DNA of 64,000 nt from Lachnospiraceae bacterium (GTDB lineage: Bacteria > Bacillota > Clostridia > Lachnospirales > Lachnospiraceae). The notes under the pieces are model-generated. The model saw nothing but the letters and a program-made list of their open reading frames with translations, did not search any database and was not told the DNA's origin. The translations under genes were made by a program, and so were the position numbers. Location of the stretch: contig JBJFCE010000050.1 in assembly GCA_051888775.1 (NCBI GenBank), forward strand, positions 24,879 through 88,878, read 5' to 3'. This document shows positions 1 to 8,206 of this stretch, one piece after another. Each line of letters opens with the position of its first letter. Positions within the stretch are counted from its first letter, which is position 1.

Positions 1-199
1 CCATAAGCGCATAAGACAACATGGCATGCGGCCAGAAAAAACGATCCATCGGTGCTGTTTTTTTGCCCATGCACTTTTTCAGCATATCCTTGAGCCTCAT
101 TTTCGCCGTATAGACAGGGTATGTCTGTATCTGACGCGTAACCGTGTCAAGCAGCTGCTCCCTTAACTGTATTCTGTTCTGATTTCTCATTTCATCCAT
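1..199 (-). CDS. unidentified protein, N-terminal 66 codons only (gene runs off the left edge)
   Basis: Not in the ORF track because it is truncated. Hand translation from ATG 199-197 gives MDEMRNQNRIQLREQLLDTVTRQIQTYPVYTAKMRLKDMLKKCMGKKTAPMDRFFWPHAMLSYALM and stays open to nt 1. AGGGTGA lies 6 nt upstream of the ATG. Co-directional with the locus. No family recognised. Confidence 0.4.
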   Translation of the reverse strand, partial: MDEMRNQNRIQLREQLLDTVTRQIQTYPVYTAKMRLKDMLKKCMGKKTAPMDRFFWPHAMLSYALM

Positions 200-265
200 T
201 TCAAATCACCCTGTTACATATCGATTCCATATAATGCTACATTGATCCAAGATAACAGTTTCCTG

Positions 266-1777
266 CTATCTGCGTCTGATAAGCTTCCACAAATACCGAA
301 ACTCCTCACAGTGTCCGAACACCGCCAGAAAGATCGCATTATACACTACGGTGATAATGACAACCATAACCGCAAAACCAAGGAACGTTACTTCCGGCAT
401 TACCACGCGGCTGATACCATAGATGCACGCCGCCGATATCACCAACGTGAGCAGATACTTGACCGAATCCGCAAAATAGCTCCATGCCGATCTGTCAAAG
501 CACGTCTTATAAATAATGATCGGCTTTGTGATATTGGCAATGAGTCCCGATACAATCGTTCCGATATAGACGCCGATCAGCCCGATCTTGCGCACCAATA
601 CGATCGAAACCACCAGATTCACTGCCCCTTGGATCAATGCCAGATATTTATCCTGTTCAAAAACACCTGCTGCCGTCTTATAATTTGACAGCACGATCCT
701 ATCTCCTTTGAAATAATAGTCAAACAGGATACAGCCGACGATTGCTCCCGACAAGAGCCAGCCTTTCCCAAGCCACAGCTCCACAAGCGGTGACAGCAGG
801 ATCCAGAAGCCGATTGCCGAAAATCCATAGATCCAGCAGGCAAAGAAACGGTATACCTTAAACATGGCAAACTGCTTTTCCTTATTCTCCGTTGCTATCA
901 GGTTCCCAAAGCTGGAAATGACCGAGTTGAAGATGATATTGACAAACCCGGATACAGAGTTGATGACATAGTTATAATTATCCACCACACCGACCAGCGC
1001 AACACTGACGAAGGAAGAAATAATGATACTGTCCGTCTGTAATCTTGCCACGTCACCGACCTTATGGAATACCAGTGCCTTGGTTTTATGAATAACCTCA
1101 TCGGTCTCTTCTTTTGCCAGCTTGACAACGTTCTTATCCTTTAAATACGGATAGCAATGGTTTAAGTATTGATTGACAAAAATCTTCTGCGCCAGCTCTA
1201 CGCCTGCTGCCGTCAGCAGATATACCATGAAATTTTCCGTTAAAACCAGCGCAATGATCTGTAATACTACCGTGACCAGCTTGGTAAGCGTCGCAATATT
1301 GGTCTGAATATAATTCTTCTGCTCGGCATTGACAAGACTGTATTTGTAAGATACAAAGTATGTACTTACCGTATTGAACAGAAAAATATAATAATAGATC
1401 GTCAATTCCTTCACGGAATATGTTCCGGGATTTTTTATAATATAGCGTAAAAAAGGAGAAATACAGATTCCGATAACCGCAACGACTACCGCAATACTGT
1501 AGTAAGCCTTTTTGTATAACTGCATATAGGATTTGATCTTTTCGGTGTCTTTTTCCGCCACCGGAGCATACAGGCTGTAATTGAGTGCCGTCCCGATCCC
1601 GAGTTCCGCAAGGGACAGAATGGACAAAACCCCTGTATACAACCCATTGACACCTAACAGTGTTTCGTCCAGTTTCATAATAAAAACACTGCGAAGGATA
1701 AATCCCAGTATCATGGATGCAATATTCCCGATGTAGCCAAAGGCGATATTCTTCGCCGCATGCCTTACTCTGCCCAT
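266..1777 (-). CDS. wzx: Wzx-type (MOP superfamily) oligosaccharide flippase
   Basis: 503-aa multi-span hydrophobic ORF. N-terminus AKNIAFGYIGNIASMILGFILRSVF...LLGVNGLYTGVLSILSLAELGIG is typical of polysaccharide biosynthesis/Wzx proteins. Overlaps the upstream ORF. Confidence 0.8.
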   Translation of the reverse strand: MGRVRHAAKNIAFGYIGNIASMILGFILRSVFIMKLDETLLGVNGLYTGVLSILSLAELGIGTALNYSLYAPVAEKDTEKIKSYMQLYKKAYYSIAVVVAVIGICISPFLRYIIKNPGTYSVKELTIYYYIFLFNTVSTYFVSYKYSLVNAEQKNYIQTNIATLTKLVTVVLQIIALVLTENFMVYLLTAAGVELAQKIFVNQYLNHCYPYLKDKNVVKLAKEETDEVIHKTKALVFHKVGDVARLQTDSIIISSFVSVALVGVVDNYNYVINSVSGFVNIIFNSVISSFGNLIATENKEKQFAMFKVYRFFACWIYGFSAIGFWILLSPLVELWLGKGWLLSGAIVGCILFDYYFKGDRIVLSNYKTAAGVFEQDKYLALIQGAVNLVVSIVLVRKIGLIGVYIGTIVSGLIANITKPIIIYKTCFDRSAWSYFADSVKYLLTLVISAACIYGISRVVMPEVTFLGFAVMVVIITVVYNAIFLAVFGHCEEFRYLWKLIRRR

Positions 1778-2949
1778 GTGTTGATCAGTTCTCCTGCTTC
1801 CTTTGCCCTCTTGATATAACCGGGCATGATTTTCGTTAAGTGATTTCTCTGCGTCTCCTCATTTTGCAACAGCCAGCGGAATGCCTGCAGCAGTTCTTCC
1901 GGCTCCTGCAGCTTCTGTACCGGAAGCACATATTGCTCTTCTGTGCCAAACAGATCTTTTGCAATCCCTCTTGCTTTCACGGAATATCCGACTACCAGAG
2001 TCGGAACACAGCAGGAATATGCTGCAATTGTTGCGTGTGTCCTTGCTCCGATGAACAATCGGCAGCTTGCAATATATCCTTTCAACTGTTGACAGTCGTG
2101 GTCTTCGATCATGCAGATTCGTTCCAGTTCTTCCTTTGTCATGGAAGATGCACATCTGTCATACAGCTCCCGGAGCGGCTTTCTGTCATCATCGTTTTTC
2201 CAGACGACATGCGGAATCAGCGCCACATTCATATCCGTTTCTGCAATGATGTAGCGGATCAGTCTTTCATAATTGCAAAGTGTGATGCCTTCCACCTGTT
2301 CATTTCGGATGATCATGGGACTGATATTGATCCCGACCGTATTTCCTTTGATGAAATTCTCGGGAAGCGCTGCCCGTACAGGCTCCAGACTGAATGCCGG
2401 ATCGGGATACAGCTTCACATTCTCCGTAATGCCTGCATCTGACAGTGCTTTTGCCGTCAGAGGCTCTCTTGCAACGATCAGGTCATAGCGCTTCATATCG
2501 TCGATCACATCCGCGCGTTTTAAAAGCTCCGGCTCAATGGAACAGCCCCACAGCACGGTCCGGCTGCCCTGCCTGTGAAACATCCGGTTACTCTGGATCA
2601 GCTCGTCCACGATTTCGGGATAGCAATAATTATCCCCGCCGATGGAAATATAAAGCGGCACCCGATGTTTTCCCCTGACATCCCGGAAACGGTATCGCAT
2701 AAAGGATTCCCGATCCTTTGTCAGTTTCCGCCATGCATAATATGCAATATGAGCAAGCTTGTGCTCTCTGATCTTTCGCTCCTCCAAGACATCACACAAG
2801 GCTCCGAGCGTGTATTTACGATCTTCTGCTTCGCTGTTTGTCACAAGCAGCACCTGTTTTTTTAACATATGGCAGGTACTATTTACGATCGCCTCGCAGC
2901 CATGATTCCCGCTCCCGCCATGCATATACATTACAATTTTTTCCTGCAT
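1765..2949 (-). CDS. polysaccharide pyruvyl transferase (CsaB/WcaK-like)
   Basis: Motifs MHGGSGNHGCEAI, ISIGGDNYCY and GARTHATIAAYSCCVPTLVVGYSVKARGI fit the PS_pyruv_trans family. The ORF-track start (TTG, 2970) lies inside hairpin E1. I prefer ATG 2949 (MQEKIVMYMHGG), preceded by GAAAGAGGA. Confidence 0.75.
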   Translation of the reverse strand: MQEKIVMYMHGGSGNHGCEAIVNSTCHMLKKQVLLVTNSEAEDRKYTLGALCDVLEERKIREHKLAHIAYYAWRKLTKDRESFMRYRFRDVRGKHRVPLYISIGGDNYCYPEIVDELIQSNRMFHRQGSRTVLWGCSIEPELLKRADVIDDMKRYDLIVAREPLTAKALSDAGITENVKLYPDPAFSLEPVRAALPENFIKGNTVGINISPMIIRNEQVEGITLCNYERLIRYIIAETDMNVALIPHVVWKNDDDRKPLRELYDRCASSMTKEELERICMIEDHDCQQLKGYIASCRLFIGARTHATIAAYSCCVPTLVVGYSVKARGIAKDLFGTEEQYVLPVQKLQEPEELLQAFRWLLQNEETQRNHLTKIMPGYIKRAKEAGELINTWAE

Positions 2950-2968
2950 AGGATATCCTCTTTCCCGC

Positions 2969-3146
2969 AACAGTTCAGCCTGAGAAGGAGCCGGAAGGGT
3001 ATGCTTGTGTATCCGGCGGCCCTTTGAAAACGCCGGTACTTAGCGAGGTATTATCGAGCTTAGTACCGCTACATTTGAAACGGAGCGGGAGCGTGCCGCA
3101 GGATACACAAGCATACCCTTCCGGCTCCTTCTCAGGCTGAACTGTT
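2969..3146. repeat. long-hairpin intergenic element E1 (B-type core)
   Basis: Left arm 2969-3014 is the exact reverse complement of right arm 3101-3146 (46/46). The 86-nt core 3015-3100 is related to the E4 and E6 cores. Sits between the GT2 stop (3155) and the pyruvyl transferase start (2949). Flanked by the 7-nt direct repeat ctctttc (2958-2964 and 3148-3154). Confidence 0.9.
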
Positions 3147-3154
3147 ACTCTTTC

Positions 3155-4204
3155 TCAGATTGCGTGGATTTTCTTTAATTGTTTCCACAAAAACAGATAA
3201 ACATCCGGCAGATGCCGAAAACATGAGACCTTGAGCTTATCGCTTCCCGATAGCAACCGGTATGCGCGCCAATAGCTTTCTTTTCCCATTCCTTCGATAG
3301 TCTGTCTGCATGTTTTTATATAACGCTTCTTTTCATCAGATGCGATTCCACGTGCCAATGCCAGTTTTCCTGCCACGAGCATGACCGATACCAGAATCAC
3401 ACGGTGTATGCGGTCGGAAAGCTCCGCTTCCGTGGAACCGATTCTCTTCTCAGCCTCCTGCCAGCAGGTGATCTGATCCATATAGCTTGGTCGAAATGCC
3501 GTCTCCATAGCGCCCTCCGGGTTGTGATAATAGTAATAACCCTGATAGGGCAGATGAACCGTCTTTACATTCTTCTGCATGATCTCCAGCACGAAAAGCA
3601 TATCCTCACCGATCGTTAATCCCTGCCGGAAACGTGTATCTCCGATACTGTCCCGGCTGTACAGCTTACTCCAACAGCGGCTGTCCCCGTCAAAAAGCCG
3701 GTGTTTGATAAATTCGCTGCCGTTTAAAAGCTCTGCCTCTTCATACAGTACACTTTCCTTTTGATTCTGACCGCTATCTGCCGTATTCCCAACAGCACCA
3801 TCTGTCCCCATTGGCTCTTTGAACACATCATAGGTGTCTGTCATAAAAAAATCGCAGCCGGCAACATCACAGCCATTGGTGTGCAGTGCCCGATACAATG
3901 TTTCAATCATCTTAGGACAAATCCGGTCGTCCGCATCTACAAACGTCAGATAGGCACCTGTCGCCTGTTCGATTCCTGCATTTCTTGCACCGGATACTCC
4001 CGTTTTTTCTTCATGGATCACTTTAATTCTGGAGTCCTCAGCTGCCAGTCTGTCAGCGATCTCCCCTGTCCGGTCAGTCGATCCGTTATCTATCACCAGT
4101 ATCTCCAGATCATCATAAGTCTGACAGCAAATGCTTTTCAGACAGCCCTCTAAAAAAGGCTCTGCATGATATGCCGGAACGATCACCGATATTTTTTCCT
4201 TCAA
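3155..4204 (-). CDS. glycosyltransferase family 2
   Basis: ISVIVPAYHAEPFLEGCLKSICCQTYDDLEILVIDNGSTDRT ... TFVDADD: canonical GT-A/GT2 N-terminal domain with a DxD motif. Confidence 0.85.
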   Translation of the reverse strand: MKEKISVIVPAYHAEPFLEGCLKSICCQTYDDLEILVIDNGSTDRTGEIADRLAAEDSRIKVIHEEKTGVSGARNAGIEQATGAYLTFVDADDRICPKMIETLYRALHTNGCDVAGCDFFMTDTYDVFKEPMGTDGAVGNTADSGQNQKESVLYEEAELLNGSEFIKHRLFDGDSRCWSKLYSRDSIGDTRFRQGLTIGEDMLFVLEIMQKNVKTVHLPYQGYYYYHNPEGAMETAFRPSYMDQITCWQEAEKRIGSTEAELSDRIHRVILVSVMLVAGKLALARGIASDEKKRYIKTCRQTIEGMGKESYWRAYRLLSGSDKLKVSCFRHLPDVYLFLWKQLKKIHAI

Positions 4205-4218
4205 TGCCTTTTCCTCCG

Positions 4219-5250
4219 TCAGCTTCTCCTGTCATTCAGATACAACATCCAACGGATCGGTGTGATCAGGATCCGTACCGGATGCTTCATGATCAGATAC
4301 ATCAATTTTCCGTCCATGGATACCGGATGCATTGGATATTCCCGTATCCATGCCTGATTTTCCGGTTCTGCACAGATACCGCGGATCGTTTTGGCACAGG
4401 CTTTCGTATTTCCCCGAAGCTCATTCTTAAATACCAGAAATAGCAGGGATAAATACTCCCTTCGTGCCATTTTTACAGCTTCCGGGATCTCAAATGCATT
4501 TAAAATTTCCAAAATCTTTCGATACAATAATCTGATATTCTCATACAGTCCTGCATTGTATTTATGCACCATGGAAGAACCCACATAGCGGTAGTGATAA
4601 TACAAGCCCTGTTCCACAATAACGATCCTTTCACTTTCAAGAATCGCGGGCAATACAATATTGACATCTTCCCCCATGACCAGCCGTTTATCACAGAACC
4701 TGATATTATCCCGGATCAGCTTCGCCGAAAAAAGCTTCATGCAGCGGGACAGGATCACAAGCCTTCCGTCTTCTCCCACAACATGACACTTGATATCGCG
4801 GTAGAGCTGCTCACCCTCATAGACTCCGGGCGGCATCCTCTGAATGACATTTTCACTGCCGCATTCTTTTTCGATAATATAGTTGCTGCTGATGATCTCC
4901 TTCTGACTGCCCGATACATGGCGCATCAATCCCTCGATCATATCCGGCTCCACCCAGTCATCACTGTCTACATAGCACAGATACTCACCCGCCGCCTCCA
5001 TGGTTCCGGCGATCCATGCACTCATCAGTCCGCCGTTTTCCTTATGGATCACCCGTACCGATTCATGCTCATTTGCATATTGGTCGCACATTGCGGCACT
5101 GCCGTCTTTTGATCCGTCATCCACAAGCAGGATCTCCAGATTCCGATAGGTCTGTGCAAGCAGACTATCCATACATTCCGGAAGATATTGCTCCATATTG
5201 TATACAGGTACGATGATCGTTACTTTCTGCATTCTAATCTCCATTCCCAC
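4219..5250 (-). CDS. glycosyltransferase family 2
   Basis: VTIIVPVYNMEQYLPECMDSLLAQTYRNLEILLVDDGSKDGS ... YVDSDDWV. The start may instead be the internal ATG at 5232 (MQKVTII), which has GGAG upstream. Confidence 0.85.
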   Translation of the reverse strand: MGMEIRMQKVTIIVPVYNMEQYLPECMDSLLAQTYRNLEILLVDDGSKDGSAAMCDQYANEHESVRVIHKENGGLMSAWIAGTMEAAGEYLCYVDSDDWVEPDMIEGLMRHVSGSQKEIISSNYIIEKECGSENVIQRMPPGVYEGEQLYRDIKCHVVGEDGRLVILSRCMKLFSAKLIRDNIRFCDKRLVMGEDVNIVLPAILESERIVIVEQGLYYHYRYVGSSMVHKYNAGLYENIRLLYRKILEILNAFEIPEAVKMARREYLSLLFLVFKNELRGNTKACAKTIRGICAEPENQAWIREYPMHPVSMDGKLMYLIMKHPVRILITPIRWMLYLNDRRS

Positions 5251-5278
5251 GGTAACTTGTCATAAAAATACAGCATCT

Positions 5279-6811
5279 CTATCTCTCATCCGCTTCCGGC
5301 TCACTGAATTTCACCACAATCGTATCTCCGACCTGACAGACGCTTCCCTGCGCCGGCCATTCCGGCATCGACACAATCTCTGCATTCTCACACAATGCTT
5401 CCAATTCTTCCTCCTCCACACCCTGCAGTTCAATATCATAATACATTGCAAGTGCGGCTACCATATGCTCCTGGTGCGTAACAAAATACCCATCCGTCAC
5501 GCCAACAATGGTCGGATTCAGCTCCAGCTGTGATGTATGGCTGTCTTTCACCTCTCCGATCACTGCAAGCTGACTCGCCTGTCCATATTTCGGAAGCTGT
5601 TCCATCCGGTCCACGACACGATTTAACATCGCCATCGTCTTTTCATAGCTGGTATTCATTTTTAAGTATGCCGTATTAGCTGCCAGTATACACGCATAGC
5701 CTGCAAGCAATGCCCCCATGATACAGCCCATGGAGATTTTTTTCTGAAATGCGCCTGTTCTTTCCAGTATCAGAAATACCAGCACATAACATAGCCAGAG
5801 TGTCCCCTGCATCAGGGCATGATACCAGACTTCCCCGGTCAGGAAATAAAACAGATGTGCCACGCACGGCAATGCTGCCATGCACAGGCAGGCAAGTATC
5901 AACCGCCCCCACTGTCTGTAGCATCTGCTGCGTATGATATAAGTGACTGCCGCTACTGCTGCGCACAGGAACAGTACCACATTTCCGACCTGATACAGAC
6001 TGAGCTTCCGTAATGAGCCGATAAAGAAATAAAGCGTATCGATATAGGACTGTAATACTCCGGTTATGATCTGCTGCAGATCCGGAATGCCCATACTTCC
6101 CATTCCCTGATGATTGCCGACCACAGCCCCCTCCACATGTATGAAGACCTGAAGTGACACAACGTATAAAAGGATCCCCCAGATGCCCATCAAAAGAAAG
6201 CGCACGATCTGGCGGACCGGTTTGTTTTTTGTGAAAATCAGCTGATCTGCCAGCCATACGATGATCAGACCGATTGCAAACGGGACATATGCCTGATAAA
6301 TACCGGTACTCATACACAGGCATACGCCGCCGATGATCCAGCCATGCCGATACCGCAGGCTCATCCAGACTGCCAGCACAGCAAACAGCAGGGCGCTGTG
6401 AAATGCATCCGCCATGTACATGAAAGCGAAGCTGCTGATCACCGTCGGAAAGACCGTCATCAGCAAAGAAATCATAACGATCCCGATCTTATCATGAAGC
6501 TGCAATATTTCTATGACCAGAATCACACTGACCGCCAGATACAGAAGTGAGAGCAGCCCCGTGATCCACGGAATATCATAAAAAGAACTGAACATACAAC
6601 CGATGATCTGTAAATGCCTGCCTTGATGGATCATATTATTGGTCGGATAATAATAGTCCATCAGTGTATCCCAGTTCGGCAGCATATTCAGGAAACGATA
6701 GGCATACGTAATAAGCCCCGACAAAAAGACCGTGACTAATACCAGCTTCCATTCTTTTTTTATGCACTTATATGCTGCTGTCAGCTTTTGTTCCGGCATA
6801 ATTTCCTCCAT
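5279..6811 (-). CDS. GtrII-like (glucosyltransferase-domain) polytopic membrane protein, paralog 1
   Basis: 510 aa, multi-span. N-terminal block LNMLPNWD...GRHLQIIGCMFSSFYDIPWITGLLSLLYL and C-terminal block MPEWPAQGSVCQVGDTIVVKFSE are shared with ORFs 8207-9844, 11351-12925 and 54117-55634. Family assignment is from memory of PF14264-type Firmicute proteins. The 5' end overlaps the upstream ORF by 32-44 nt. Confidence 0.55.
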   Translation of the reverse strand: MEEIMPEQKLTAAYKCIKKEWKLVLVTVFLSGLITYAYRFLNMLPNWDTLMDYYYPTNNMIHQGRHLQIIGCMFSSFYDIPWITGLLSLLYLAVSVILVIEILQLHDKIGIVMISLLMTVFPTVISSFAFMYMADAFHSALLFAVLAVWMSLRYRHGWIIGGVCLCMSTGIYQAYVPFAIGLIIVWLADQLIFTKNKPVRQIVRFLLMGIWGILLYVVSLQVFIHVEGAVVGNHQGMGSMGIPDLQQIITGVLQSYIDTLYFFIGSLRKLSLYQVGNVVLFLCAAVAAVTYIIRSRCYRQWGRLILACLCMAALPCVAHLFYFLTGEVWYHALMQGTLWLCYVLVFLILERTGAFQKKISMGCIMGALLAGYACILAANTAYLKMNTSYEKTMAMLNRVVDRMEQLPKYGQASQLAVIGEVKDSHTSQLELNPTIVGVTDGYFVTHQEHMVAALAMYYDIELQGVEEEELEALCENAEIVSMPEWPAQGSVCQVGDTIVVKFSEPEADER

Positions 6812-7958
6812 CCGGTCTTTTCTTCCTCTGCTCCGTTCTTTCAGGCCGCAGCACTCGGTACTCTGCCCAGCTTCCGAGCATTAACAGGATCACAAAATTA
6901 TATAAGATGCCGCTGTTGACCTGTACTGCTTCGAGTGCCGTATAACAGACCGTCATCATTAAAAGCACAAGATTCCACAGATTCTTTGTCTTATATGCAT
7001 GGAATAACAGATAGAAAATACATCCTACAAACAAAATTGTCGGTACTATTCCGAAAGTATATACAATCCTCACAAATCCCATATCGATCTGAATTTCATT
7101 CGCCGGATTTGAAAACAGGGATGTATACAGTATTCTGTCAAACCGTACTGCCGCTCTTGCCATCTCAATTCTGTTATTCAGCAGGATATTGATATATCGG
7201 AAGATATTATCCTTATATCCGAAGATAATCGGTATCGCAGAGCCTGTAAGTAGCAGCACCACCGCTCCTGCCGACAGGATATACGGCATACGATATGACT
7301 TTTGAGTCTTTGAAACGATCCAGAATAATATCACCGTGGCAAACATCAAGATTCCACCTGTTCTGGATCGCGTCAGAGCCGTAAGCACTATTGTAAAGAT
7401 CAAAAACAGCACATAATGGTAATGCTTCATTTTTTCATGCCAGAGATAGATGCCGACTGCCACTAACATCCATGCAGCATAATGAAACGTATTCGGATGG
7501 GAATAGCCAAAGCAATACCGGAGCTCATCTTCTCCTCGTCCAAACTGCTGCACCAGATAAAGCGGTCTGAGTCCCATAAAGCTCTGGATCCCCCAGCCGA
7601 GAAATACGATCAGCACCGATGTCCAGACTGCCAGAAATACCCGTTTGCAGGAAATCCCCTTGGATGCCAGAATCAGGACAGATGCACGAAGCAGCATATC
7701 AATTCCCCACCCGGATACAAAGTATGCTATGACGCCCAAAACGGTCATCGCAGCAATCAAAGCCCATTCCCGCTTCGTATATTCGGTCAGCAGGATCTTA
7801 CAAAACAGCAACACGGTAATTCCCCGAAGCATCCATGTCTGATGTTCAAAAACAACATCATACTTTTTCAGGGTATAAATTGCCAGTTCCAAAAAAACCG
7901 CGATCCAGAAGATCAGCTCACTATATTTCTGCAAATATTTTCTGCATTTTAATATCAT
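6768..7958 (-). CDS. Wzy-like O-antigen/repeat-unit polymerase family membrane protein
   Basis: 396-aa multi-span protein with a loop RGEDELRYCFGYSHPNTFHYAAW, typical of Gram-positive Wzy/O-antigen-polymerase-like proteins. GAGAGGA lies upstream of ATG 7958. Confidence 0.55.
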   Translation of the reverse strand: MILKCRKYLQKYSELIFWIAVFLELAIYTLKKYDVVFEHQTWMLRGITVLLFCKILLTEYTKREWALIAAMTVLGVIAYFVSGWGIDMLLRASVLILASKGISCKRVFLAVWTSVLIVFLGWGIQSFMGLRPLYLVQQFGRGEDELRYCFGYSHPNTFHYAAWMLVAVGIYLWHEKMKHYHYVLFLIFTIVLTALTRSRTGGILMFATVILFWIVSKTQKSYRMPYILSAGAVVLLLTGSAIPIIFGYKDNIFRYINILLNNRIEMARAAVRFDRILYTSLFSNPANEIQIDMGFVRIVYTFGIVPTILFVGCIFYLLFHAYKTKNLWNLVLLMMTVCYTALEAVQVNSGILYNFVILLMLGSWAEYRVLRPERTEQRKKRPDGGNYAGTKADSSI

Positions 7959-7993
7959 TTTCCGAATATCCTCTCAAAAACCGTGTGTCTGCC

Positions 7994-8196
7994 AGGCATT
8001 TGCAAAACTCTGCCCGTGAACCGGAGCCGGTGCTTACCAGCTTGTCGGTAGCGGGCACGCTTTCGCTACACTTCGCCCGTAGCGGTACATAAGGCACCAA
8101 AATACGGTGCCTAAGTACCGACGGACTCACAGTGCCCGCAACCGACAAGCTGGTAAGCACCGGCTCCGGTCCACGGGCAGAGTTTTGCAAATGCCT
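7994..8196. repeat. long-hairpin intergenic element E2 (A-type core)
   Basis: Arms 7994-8058 and 8132-8196 are complementary at 63 of 65 positions. 73-nt core 8059-8131: gctttcgctacacttcgcccgtagcggtacataaggcaccaaaatacggtgcctaagtaccgacggactcaca. Lies between ORF 8207-9844 (stop) and ORF 6768-7958 (start). Confidence 0.9.
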
Positions 8197-8206
8197 TATC
8201 GTACTA

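Noticed and set aside
7994-8196. The hairpin core as an invertible promoter (inverton) in the strict sense
   Set aside because: It is kept only as a minor alternative. I could not find convincing -35/-10 hexamers in either orientation of the 73-nt core. The core is itself nearly palindromic, and the window contains no recombinase gene.
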